A stretch of DNA of 61,590 bases, counting the filler, from Malassezia furfur (Eukaryota): NCBI GenBank assembly GCA_052055015.1. It is 8 parts of 8 records of this genome, joined end to end, with 100 filler letters (N's around TTAATTAATTAA, not from the genome) between each part and the next. Parts side by side here need not be neighbours in the genome. Positions count along the whole stretch, not along the records: positions 23,388 to 31,019 come from JBQJIT010000491.1; positions 31,120 to 38,707 come from JBQJIT010000492.1; 6 more parts are not named here. One strand, written 5' to 3'. The first letter of the stretch is position 1. The number at the start of each line of letters is the position of its first letter. The notes beneath the pieces were generated by a model. It was not told the DNA's origin and did no database searches. It saw only the letters and a program-made list of their open reading frames with translations. This document shows, piece by piece, positions 30,097 to 38,807 of this stretch. The position numbers and the translations under genes were made by a program.

Positions 30097-30885
30097 ATGC
30101 TACGACCGCTGCGCTCCGCAGCGACGGTGTGCGCGCGGCGTGCCGTGAGCACGGATGCGAAGGCAAATGCGCCGCTGAGCGCAGCGCTGCTTGTAACACG
30201 CGCGCCCGTACTCCAGCGCGAGCCGACTGCGCTCGAGCGCGAGTACTACCGCTTCAACACGGAGCTTGCGCACAAGCTCCAGCAGCCGTTCCCGCGCGAC
30301 ATGTACTTCAAGAAGGGTTCTGCCGCAGAGTCGCGCTTTGAAGAATACTATACACAGCTCCAAAAGACATGGGAGCTCAAGACGGACACACGCGACCCGT
30401 CGAAACAGGCGCGGAAAGACGGCCCGTCCGACTCGGATGCGGAACTGTATGCGACCATGCCGCGCACCACCGACGCAGATGCACAGAAGAACATCAAGAG
30501 CATGGAGCGTGCACTTGACCGCACACTCTACCTCTTCGTCGCAGACAAGCGCAATGGCGGCGCCTGGCGTTTCCCGTCCAAAGGTCTGCCGGCGGAACGA
30601 ACGCCGCAGGACTCGCTCCACGCGACAGCGATGAGCGCCGCAACCGAGACGCTCGGAGATACCATGGACCTGTGGCTGGTGAGCAAGCTTCCGGTCGCTG
30701 TTGTGCCGGGCGTGCCGAAAACTTACATTCTCCGCGCGCGCGTCCTGGCCGGTGAGCCCCGCAGCAGCAAGGAGCAGGACTTTGCGTGGCTCACCAAGGA
30801 GGAGGCCGAGCACTACCTCTCGAAAAATGCGCGTGCCGAGGACGCGGCGTACTGGGCCAAGATCCGGGATCTGTTGGACGAGTAA
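30097..30885 (+). CDS. MRPL17: Mitochondrial large ribosomal subunit protein mL46
   Basis: Mitochondrial leader, FPRDMYFKKGS, PRTTDAD...KSMERALDRTLYLFV, WRFP, SLH, DFAWLTKEE. Confidence 0.88.
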   Translation: MLRPLRSAATVCARRAVSTDAKANAPLSAALLVTRAPVLQREPTALEREYYRFNTELAHKLQQPFPRDMYFKKGSAAESRFEEYYTQLQKTWELKTDTRDPSKQARKDGPSDSDAELYATMPRTTDADAQKNIKSMERALDRTLYLFVADKRNGGAWRFPSKGLPAERTPQDSLHATAMSAATETLGDTMDLWLVSKLPVAVVPGVPKTYILRARVLAGEPRSSKEQDFAWLTKEEAEHYLSKNARAEDAAYWAKIRDLLDE

Positions 30886-31019
30886 GCAGCTGGCTCTCGC
30901 TTGCCGTGATGCGCATCCCGGATAAGCCCAAACCTGCCACGGACACTGCATGCATGTGCAGCGCTTCCCGGGTGCTTTCATGGTAGCCATACATAGCCAG
31001 CGCCCCCATACCTCCCCAC

Positions 31020-31119
31020 NNNNNNNNNNNNNNNNNNNNNNNNNNNNNNNNNNNNNNNNNNNNTTAATTAATTAANNNNNNNNNNNNNNNNNNNNNNNNN
31101 NNNNNNNNNNNNNNNNNNN
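31020..31119. other. Artificial contig-joining spacer
   Basis: N-run/TTAATTAATTAA/N-run, 100 bp. Confidence 0.98.
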
Positions 31120-31581
31120 TCGGCGCGTCGACCTCCGACCGGCGCCTCGCCGCCTCGTCCACCGATCGGCGGCCGGCCGCCTCGTCCGACCGGCGGCTGG
31201 GCGCGTCGACGACCGAGGCACGCGCGCCAAAGCGCATCCCCCTCGCAGTCAAGCGCCGGCGCGAGGCGTTCGCAGACGACATCATCGATACCATGCCGCT
31301 CGAGTACCGCAACGGCGATGCGGAGCAGCGGCGCCTGCTCCACGGTGTGATCCTGGCGCTGCTCTCGGCGGGCGACCAAGGCGTGCGAGGTACGTGTCTG
31401 GACTGACCCAGTGGCGGACGTGGCACACCCCCCGGACCTGCCCGCAGGCAAGGTGAACAAGGCACTCATCGCGCTGCTCGCCGCGAACCACGTCGTGCGC
31501 GTGTCGCAAAACGTACGTGGCCCACTGACCCAGGGCGTGGTGTACCGACTAAACACGGCGCGGCATACGACTCTACCGTAG
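31120..31581 (+). CDS. 3' fragment resembling the C-terminal extension of basidiomycete DASH/Dam1 kinetochore subunit; introns 31390-31411 and probably 31513-31533
   Basis: Spliced translation ...RREAFADDIIDTMPLEYRNGDAEQRRLLHGVILALL...VAHPPDLPAGKVNKALIALLAANHVVRVSQN/GVVYRL. The family is recalled from memory only. Confidence 0.5.
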
Positions 31582-32394
31582 CTACAGACCGCTGCTGCGC
31601 AGCCAGCGCTCGACCTCTTTAATGAGCCCCTCCTTCTCGTTCCACTCATCGGTGAGCACCTTGGCGTTGCGCGCAGACGCCTCGACGCTTGCCCACGCGT
31701 CCGCCTCGCCCTGCGAGCGCGGCACGACGAGGATCGGCGTGTTGTTCGGCCAGTCGGCCTTCTCAGCGGGCTCGGCGCTGCCGGGGTGCAGCAGCACGAG
31801 ACCCGACATGGGGCCGCGGCGGCCAAACAGGCCGCCCTGCCCGAGGTACGGCGGGACAATCTGGTCTTCGCTCTCGCGCAGGAAGATCACCGGCTGGCGC
31901 TGCAGCGACGCGAGACGTACCTGGCCCGCGACCTCGCGCGCGAGCTGCTCCTCCTGCGTGACACCCTCGGGCATCTTCTCGGGAAGCGACACGTTCATGT
32001 CGATGCAGTCGTAGCCGGCCTCACGGAAGTACATGATCCACGACTGCCACTGGCTGCGCTTCACATGCAGCGGGTCGGAGCTCAGGAAGACGAGCGTGTA
32101 CGGCTGCTTGGTGGGCGCGGCAGGCGACGCCTCACGCAGGATCGAGCCCGTCTCGGTCGTGCCGAGAATCTCGCGGGGGTTGCTCAGGAAGCCAAAGAGC
32201 GACGCAGCGACCGTCGTCGCCGTGAAGGGGCGCGAGAGCATCCCCGCGCCCCCGCGGGGCACGGCACGCGGGCGCCAGAACGAGGGACGCGGTGTCTGCG
32301 ACGACCATGCACGCACGCCCAGCGGCGACATGCACGGCGTGCGCGTGGCAGTGCGCAAAAGACCAGAAGTGCGGACCGGGCCGAGAAGCGACAT
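31582..32394 (-). CDS. Uncharacterised protein with a mitochondrial-type leader and degenerate alpha/beta-hydrolase-like topology
   Basis: ATG at 32394 (MSLLGPVRTSGLLRTATR). Contains YTLVFL...WIMYFREAGYDCIDMNV...QPVIF...SGLVLLHP...PILVVP. No GxSxG motif seen. Confidence 0.65.
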   Translation of the reverse strand: MSLLGPVRTSGLLRTATRTPCMSPLGVRAWSSQTPRPSFWRPRAVPRGGAGMLSRPFTATTVAASLFGFLSNPREILGTTETGSILREASPAAPTKQPYTLVFLSSDPLHVKRSQWQSWIMYFREAGYDCIDMNVSLPEKMPEGVTQEEQLAREVAGQVRLASLQRQPVIFLRESEDQIVPPYLGQGGLFGRRGPMSGLVLLHPGSAEPAEKADWPNNTPILVVPRSQGEADAWASVEASARNAKVLTDEWNEKEGLIKEVERWLRSSGL

Positions 32395-32518
32395 GGTGTG
32401 TGGAGAAGACCGGTCCGCACAAAGAATCCCGCGTGGTCTGTGCGAGGAAGAAAGAAACGCGCAGCGCTCCTTTCTTCCCCAGGGTATATAGACGCGCGGC
32501 GACGAGGATCCGTCATGT

Positions 32519-33823
32519 ATGGCGTTTCTGTCGCTCGTCGCGCCACCCGTTCTGCACCTCGTTGCGCTCCTGCTGGTGCTCATCACCCTCCTTAGCCCGG
32601 TGCCGTACCACTCGTCGAGCATCTCGCTCGTGTACATCAGCCCGGTGCTCGCGCCCAGTAACAACACCTTGACCCCCGACGCGCTCGCACTCGGCTCCTC
32701 GGATGCCGTGAGTCGCGCGCTTGCCAGCACGCCCGTGCCGGCCGCCACGTCGTCTGCCGTGTCGTCCGCCGCGCCGTCCGCCGACACGGTACGGCCCGAC
32801 TCGTTCAGCATGGCACGCAGCCTGTACAGCTTGTCAACAGACCCCACGGAGCTGGAGAGCGGTACGGTCAGCGCACCGCCCACCTCCAGCCTGCACACTC
32901 GCGCAAGTACGACCGACCCCCCACCGACCGTCGCGCTACCGCCCGACAGCCATCCATTCCCTACCTCGACCCCGGCACCCGAGCGAAGGTACCTGCACAA
33001 GCGCGATGACCCCGTCGACACGAGCATGATGCCGATCAGCAACATCCGCTTCACCGCTGGCTTGCTCGGCTCATGCTTTACCGACACCAACAGCACGTAC
33101 CATTGTACCGGCTCGAGCCTGCAGCCCACGTTCAACAACACCTGGCTCGCGACGTCGCCGGGTCTGGACACCGACACCTCTGGCATGATCTCTGGGATCA
33201 CCGCCGGGCCCGTGTTTGTGCTGCTGTCTCTGCTCGTGCTCATTGCGTGCTCCGCGGTACAGGCACGGCGCGTGCACCGCGAGGCGTGCAAGGCGACGTG
33301 CACGCTGTCGACTCGGCGCGTCCTCTTCGGGCTGCGGTGCTGTACCTACGCACAGGACGTGGCCGCTGCCGTGCTGTTCATCGCTATGATCTGTCTACGC
33401 ATTCAAGTCTCGCATGCAAACGACGCCTTCAATGCCGCCAACGGTCAGCGCACGCTCGGCGAAGCGGCGCTCTCGCAGCCTGGCATGCTTCCCACGCAGC
33501 TCGTACTCAGTGCGAACGTCGGCACGGCGTTTAGTTGTGTATGTGTCTCGGCGGTGATTTTTGTGGGCCTCGCGCGCTGGGAACGGCGACGACTCCGCCG
33601 CGAAACCCCGCTCGAGGGTAAAGAGGAACCGTGCACCACCCAGCGACCCTCGTGGAGGCGCTTTTTCCGCGCACCGCTCACCGAGATAACGCAGCAGCCC
33701 CGGCGCTCTGTGACCATCTCGGCGCCGCTGCCGATCTATACACCTGACCACATCCCCCAGCGGCACGAAGCCTGGATGACCGTAGAAGGCCGCAAACTCC
33801 GCCCTTACGCCAGGGCGGCTTAG
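32519..33823 (+). CDS. Membrane protein, SUR7/PalI-like, with Ser/Thr-rich extracellular loop
   Basis: N-terminal TM helix (LLLVLITLLSPVP), a GLLGSC...C motif and three further hydrophobic helices. Confidence 0.65.
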   Translation: MAFLSLVAPPVLHLVALLLVLITLLSPVPYHSSSISLVYISPVLAPSNNTLTPDALALGSSDAVSRALASTPVPAATSSAVSSAAPSADTVRPDSFSMARSLYSLSTDPTELESGTVSAPPTSSLHTRASTTDPPPTVALPPDSHPFPTSTPAPERRYLHKRDDPVDTSMMPISNIRFTAGLLGSCFTDTNSTYHCTGSSLQPTFNNTWLATSPGLDTDTSGMISGITAGPVFVLLSLLVLIACSAVQARRVHREACKATCTLSTRRVLFGLRCCTYAQDVAAAVLFIAMICLRIQVSHANDAFNAANGQRTLGEAALSQPGMLPTQLVLSANVGTAFSCVCVSAVIFVGLARWERRRLRRETPLEGKEEPCTTQRPSWRRFFRAPLTEITQQPRRSVTISAPLPIYTPDHIPQRHEAWMTVEGRKLRPYARAA

Positions 33824-33861
33824 ATGCGTCTTGTTTAGTGATCACGATTTCCTTACCCGAG

Positions 33862-34681
33862 ATGACCTCCTCTACACCCAGCGTGCTCATTACCGGCGGT
33901 GGCATGGGCCTCGGCCTCGCCATTGTGAAGAAGCTACTGCAAGGCACGAGGCATTCGCCGCCCGCCAACGTCTACACGCTGACCATGGCGGTCTCAGACG
34001 AGTTCAAGGAACTGGTGTCGCAGTCGGAAGGTCGGCTCGCGTACGCGATGGGCGACGTGACCAAGTTCGAGGACAGCAAGAAGGCCGTGGATGATATCCT
34101 TTTGCGCTGGCATCGTCTCGATGGGGTGGTGGTGAATGCAGGTATCACGAATCTGGCGCCGCTGAAAGACCTTGTGCGTTGCCACACTAACACAGGATTA
34201 CGACACGATGCTCAAGACGCTCTCTGTGAATGCTGCAGCGCCCGTCAACACGCTGCGTGCGGCACTTCCGGAGCTGCGTAAGCACAAGGGTCGCGTGGTG
34301 TTTGTGACCAGCAGCTCGTCGTACCAGTGCCATCCTACGTGGGCGCCGTACAGGTACGTGAACCGCTGACGCAGTTGCTCGAAAGCCGCGCTCAATTCGC
34401 TTGCTCTGACGCTCGCGAACGAAGAGCCAGACATTGCGTCGTTCGCCGTGAGCCCCGGCCACGTCGACACGGCAATGCAGAGCAAGATCCGCTCCACGGA
34501 CGAATCGTTTGAAAAGCTGTACAAGGAGCACAAGCTCCTCCCCGCCGAGAAGCCCGCTGCCGTGCTGGCCGCCCTTGTCATGCGTGGCTCGCGCTCGGAG
34601 CCGGCCAAGGACAGCAAGCCGCTCGGCGCAGGCGCGTTTGTGTCGTGGGACGACCCCGCGTTGAAGGAGTACCACGAGTAA
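33862..34681 (+). CDS. Short-chain dehydrogenase/reductase, tandem copy 1; introns 34174-34195 (22 nt) and 34354-34374 (21 nt)
   Basis: ITGGGMGLG, VVNAG, GRVVFVTS, catalytic YSCSK (formed only after splicing) and VSPGHVDTAMQ. Confidence 0.9.
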
Positions 34682-34892
34682 ACTAGCACATTTCGATATC
34701 CACCGATCTATATATAGACTCTACCGATGATCGTTTGTCCCTTGTGACCACCTCGCGTGGGCCGCGCATGGCAGGACCGACACACGCAGGCCTTGTTCCG
34801 TTCTTCGAAGCTGGCCCGTGCCGGGCTACTATTTTGCGCACGGGCCCTCGCACGGTGCCCGTCTTAGCTAAGCTTCTCGATCCATTCCCACC

Positions 34893-35730
34893 ATGGCGGA
34901 CAAGCAAGTGGTTCTCCTCACCGGCGCAAGCCGCGGCCTTGGCCTTGCTGTGCTCAAGCTGCTCCTGAAAGGTACCGACAAGACACCTGCTGCAAATGTC
35001 GTGACGCTCTCGCGCTCCGAGCCGAAGGAGCTCCAGCAGCTCCAGCAAGACTTCCCCGACGCCCTCGCTGTGGTGAAGGGCAACGTCACGGAGCTGAGTG
35101 ACAACAAGCGTGCCGTCGACGAGGCACTGCAGCGCTGGAAGCGTCTGGACGCGTTGATCCTGAATGCCGGCATTGCCGAGTTTGCGCGGATCGAAAACCT
35201 GGTACGTGCCTCGCTGACGCAGTCGCCCGAAACCCTGCTGAATACGCTCAACGTCAACACGGTGTCGCTCGTCACCACGATCCGTGCGGCGCTGCCGTCG
35301 CTGCGTGAGCGCCACGGCCGTGTCGTGTTTGTGAGCAGCGGTGCGGCGGTCGGTAATTATGCGTCGTGGGCGCCGTACAAGTACGTTGCGCGACTGACAC
35401 AGCGCCTCGAAAGCGGCCCTGAACTCGATTGCGCGCACGCTCGCGAACGAGGAGCCCGACATTGCGTCGTTCTCGGTGCGCCCCGGCGTGGTGGACACGG
35501 ACATGCAGACGCAGATCCGCGGCTCCAACACGATGAACCAGGCGGAGCACTCCAAGTTCCTCGACCTGCACAAAGAGGGCAAGCTACTGCCCGCCGACAA
35601 GCCTGCCAGTGTGCTGGCCGCGCTTGCGCTGCGTGGCTCGCGCACCGATCCCAAGAAGGATGGCGAGCCGCTCGGCAACGGCGCATTTGTGTCGTGGGAC
35701 GACCCTGCGCTCGACGCCTACCATGCATAG
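34893..35730 (+). CDS. Short-chain dehydrogenase/reductase, tandem copy 2; introns 35202-35222 (21 nt) and 35381-35402 (22 nt)
   Basis: LTGASRGLG, LILNAG, FVSSGAA, catalytic YNASK (formed only after splicing) and RPGVVDTDMQ. Confidence 0.92.
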
Positions 35731-35794
35731 ATGCCGCAGCGTGTCCGTAGAGTGCGCACGCGCCCGGTAGGCCGCCGTGTGCCTCTGCCTCCAC

Positions 35795-37114
35795 ATGCAC
35801 GCTAGGAGCGCGCCGCTAAGCGCGCGCGGGCTTCGCGCGCTGCCGCTCCCGCGTCTGTACCGCGCGTGGCGCGAGCAGGCGCGGTTGCTAGCATACGAGT
35901 GGCGCGATCCACATCTGTATATGGCGCACGCGGCACTGGCACGCACGGCCATCGAGTTTGTGCGCGATGCACAGCGCTCGCGTGCGTCGACGGCCGACGA
36001 CGCCGACGCACGGCGCACGAGTGCAGAGCGCCGGCACCGCCAGAGCTGTGCGCGTGTGCGGAAGCTTGCGAATGCCAACCTTGGGTGGCCGCACGCCGTC
36101 GCGCGCGCGCTTGAACAGGCATACGCGCGACGCGGCAAGCCACGGCGGGCGCTTCTGAATGTACGTCGTCTACTTATGCAGCTCCTTGCGCCGCCGCATC
36201 CCTCACCTGCAGTCGGTGATGAGGCCAAGTATGCGCCTCGTCAGCGGCTGCCGTACATCCCGCCGATCCTACGTACGCTGCTGCTCTCCACGCATGCGCA
36301 GCGCGGCGCGCCGGCCAAGGAAAGTACGCTGCAGTGCCCTCCCAAGCTGCGCATTGCCTTGGACTCGGCGGCGCGTGTTCCCGGCAAAACGGTGGCGCGC
36401 AGGCGCGTCGCCAATGCACATTGGTGGTATGTCACAGAGCACATGTCGCGACTACGGCTGCCGCTCGGTGTGCAGGTAGGCACGCAGGGCGTCGGGCTGG
36501 ATACAATGCACGCACTCGAGGCCAAGGCGCAGCCGCGGGACACGACGGTGCCGCGCCGCGTCCGCGAGGCACGCGAGGCAGCGAGCAAAGCCGAAGGCGG
36601 TGCACCGGCGGCCGCCGCGGCTGAAGACATGCCGTCGACGCCGCCGCGCTTCCTCGCGCGCGCGCGTGCCCTCGCCGATACGGCCGGCACCACTGTACCC
36701 CGGTGCCGGCTGCCCCGCGCACAGCGCACCGGCTCCTGGAAACACGCACGCACCGACTATACACGGCGGCCACGCGCACAGCGCCGGCAGTGGGCGCGCA
36801 TTCTCGCACAGACGCCGACACTACACCTTGCTACAGACGAAGAGGTCGCGCGCAGCGTGCAGACCTACGCCGAGGCGCTCGACATGCATGCGGCCGTTGT
36901 TGGCCGCGTGCGGCAGCCGTGGGACGATGCACGGCGTGCGCTGCGCGCTGCGACGCATGCCGCACACCAAGCGCGCGTACGCGGCAGCAAGCTGCACGCG
37001 TCTGTGCATGTCTCAGAAGCAGCGGTGGGCGCGCGCGGCTCGCGGCGCACGGCGCGGTCCACGGCGGGGGCGGACGAGTGGGCCCTCCTCGAGGGCCGGC
37101 GTTCACGCACGTGA
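35795..37114 (+). CDS. Uncharacterised basic protein with LYR-like N-terminal motif (probably mitochondrial)
   Basis: LPRLYRAWREQARLL...RKLANANLG...LEQAYARRGK. The ORF fills the gap between SDR copy 2 and COX10. Confidence 0.55.
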   Translation: MHARSAPLSARGLRALPLPRLYRAWREQARLLAYEWRDPHLYMAHAALARTAIEFVRDAQRSRASTADDADARRTSAERRHRQSCARVRKLANANLGWPHAVARALEQAYARRGKPRRALLNVRRLLMQLLAPPHPSPAVGDEAKYAPRQRLPYIPPILRTLLLSTHAQRGAPAKESTLQCPPKLRIALDSAARVPGKTVARRRVANAHWWYVTEHMSRLRLPLGVQVGTQGVGLDTMHALEAKAQPRDTTVPRRVREAREAASKAEGGAPAAAAAEDMPSTPPRFLARARALADTAGTTVPRCRLPRAQRTGSWKHARTDYTRRPRAQRRQWARILAQTPTLHLATDEEVARSVQTYAEALDMHAAVVGRVRQPWDDARRALRAATHAAHQARVRGSKLHASVHVSEAAVGARGSRRTARSTAGADEWALLEGRRSRT

Positions 37115-37125
37115 TCTCTCCGACC

Positions 37126-38439
37126 ATGGCGTGGTGCAGTGTGCCCGGCGCGCGGGCGCCGGCGAGTGCGCGCACGCTGCGTGCGTGTGTGCGCGCGCAG
37201 TGGGCGCCGAGATACCCCGTAGACGGACGTGCATGGCAGGTGCGTGCACTGAGCTCGACACGGTGTGTGCACGAGGTGGGGCGCACAGAGCGCATGGCGC
37301 GTCCGCCCGGCCCCCTCTTCTTCACGCCGGTGCCGGCGCCGCAGACGGGCGCGCACATCGCCGAGGCCGCCGAGCACGTCGCGCACAAGTACCGCCCCGC
37401 GACCGACGACCCGCTGTGCGTCGAGGTGGTGCGCGACGAGCCGGTGCCCTCGGCGCTCGTTGCGCAGCCGCCCGCGGGGTTTGTGCTGCAGAAGCCGCCG
37501 ACGCTCGCACGCACCTTCCGAGTGTACCGGCAGCTGGCCAAGTCGCGGCTGACGTTCCTTGTGGTGCTGTCCGGCATGATGGGGTACGCGCTGTGCCCTG
37601 CCGCGTACGTCGTGCCGTCGGCGCTGCCGCCCGTCGTGCGGCTCTTGGCGCTGGCGGGCGGCATGACGCTGTGCTCCACGAGCGCCAACGCGCTCAACCA
37701 AATCATCGAGGCGCCGTACGACGCACAGATGGCACGCACCAAGGCGCGCCCGCTGCCGCGCCGCGCCATTGCGCCCGCGCACGCCTTCGGTATGGCGGCG
37801 GTCAGCGCCGTGTCCGGCGTCGCGATCCTCGGCACGCTCGTCAATCCGCTGACCGCGGCGCTCGGCGCGGCCAACATTGTGCTGTACTCGTTCATCTACA
37901 CGCCGATGAAGCGCGTGAGCATCGCGAATACGTGGGTCGGCGCGCTCGTCGGCGCACTGCCGCCGCTCATGGGCTGGGCGTCGTGCACCGGCACGCTGGA
38001 CCACGTCACCGACGCGGCCGGATGGGTGCTGGCAGGCATCCTGTTTGCGTGGCAGTTCCCCCATTTTAACGCGCTGTCGCACGTCACCGGCAACGAGTAT
38101 GCGCGCGGCGGCTACCGGATGATGGCCGTGACGAACCCCATGCTGAACCGGCGCGTCGCGCTGCGCTACGCGCTGCTGCTCATCCCGCTATGCTCGCTGG
38201 CGCTCCCGCTGACGTACACGGTGGACCCCGTGGCGTACGGCGTGCTGTCGCTCGTGCCGAACGTCGCGCTTGCGTATGCCTCCTACCAGTTCTACCGGCG
38301 CCCGAGCGAGGCGACCGCGCGTGCGTGCTTCCGGCTGAGCCTCGTGCACCTGCCGGCCGTGATGCTGCTCGCGATGGCGTGCAAGTACGAGCTGTGGCAC
38401 ACGCGCACGCCGGACGAGCCGACCTTGTACACTACGTAG
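37126..38439 (+). CDS. COX10: Protoheme IX farnesyltransferase (heme O synthase)
   Basis: YRQLAKSRLTFLVV, SANALNQIIE..DAQMARTKARPL, YTPMKRVSIANTWVGALVGALPPLMGW, WQFPHFNALS, EYARGGYRMM. Confidence 0.95.
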   Translation: MAWCSVPGARAPASARTLRACVRAQWAPRYPVDGRAWQVRALSSTRCVHEVGRTERMARPPGPLFFTPVPAPQTGAHIAEAAEHVAHKYRPATDDPLCVEVVRDEPVPSALVAQPPAGFVLQKPPTLARTFRVYRQLAKSRLTFLVVLSGMMGYALCPAAYVVPSALPPVVRLLALAGGMTLCSTSANALNQIIEAPYDAQMARTKARPLPRRAIAPAHAFGMAAVSAVSGVAILGTLVNPLTAALGAANIVLYSFIYTPMKRVSIANTWVGALVGALPPLMGWASCTGTLDHVTDAAGWVLAGILFAWQFPHFNALSHVTGNEYARGGYRMMAVTNPMLNRRVALRYALLLIPLCSLALPLTYTVDPVAYGVLSLVPNVALAYASYQFYRRPSEATARACFRLSLVHLPAVMLLAMACKYELWHTRTPDEPTLYTT

Positions 38440-38442
38440 CGC

Positions 38443-38707
38443 CTACGTCATCCCCCGGCTCCCGTCCGCGGGCCGCAGCGCCAGCGCGTCGCATGCGGCG
38501 CCCAGCGCGCGCTGCCACACCTGGCGCTGCCAGTCGTAGCCTCCGGCGCGGTACTGCGCCGCAGCGTCCGACGTGGCCAGCTCTGGGCGCAGCCACGGAT
38601 CGACGTACCCCTCGCCTGCCGCGCCGCGCCCGCCAAGCGCGCATACAGCATCGCATCGGGCGCGATGTACATGTGCTCGCACGCCTCGTCTGATGTGGGG
38701 CGCTGGG
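38443..38707 (-). CDS. 3' fragment of an unknown protein (5' truncated)
   Basis: The frame is open from the contig edge to a stop 3 bp from the COX10 stop (...EGYVDPWLRPEL...YDWQRQVWQRALG...). Confidence 0.4.
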
Positions 38708-38807
38708 NNNNNNNNNNNNNNNNNNNNNNNNNNNNNNNNNNNNNNNNNNNNTTAATTAATTAANNNNNNNNNNNNNNNNNNNNNNNNNNNNNNNNNNNNN
38801 NNNNNNN
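38708..38807. other. Artificial contig-joining spacer
   Basis: N-run/TTAATTAATTAA/N-run, 100 bp. Confidence 0.98.

Noticed and set aside
35795..38439. Secondary-metabolite cluster made of the SDR pair, LYR-like gene and a prenyltransferase
   Set aside because: The prenyltransferase is housekeeping COX10, and no backbone synthase or cluster regulator is present.
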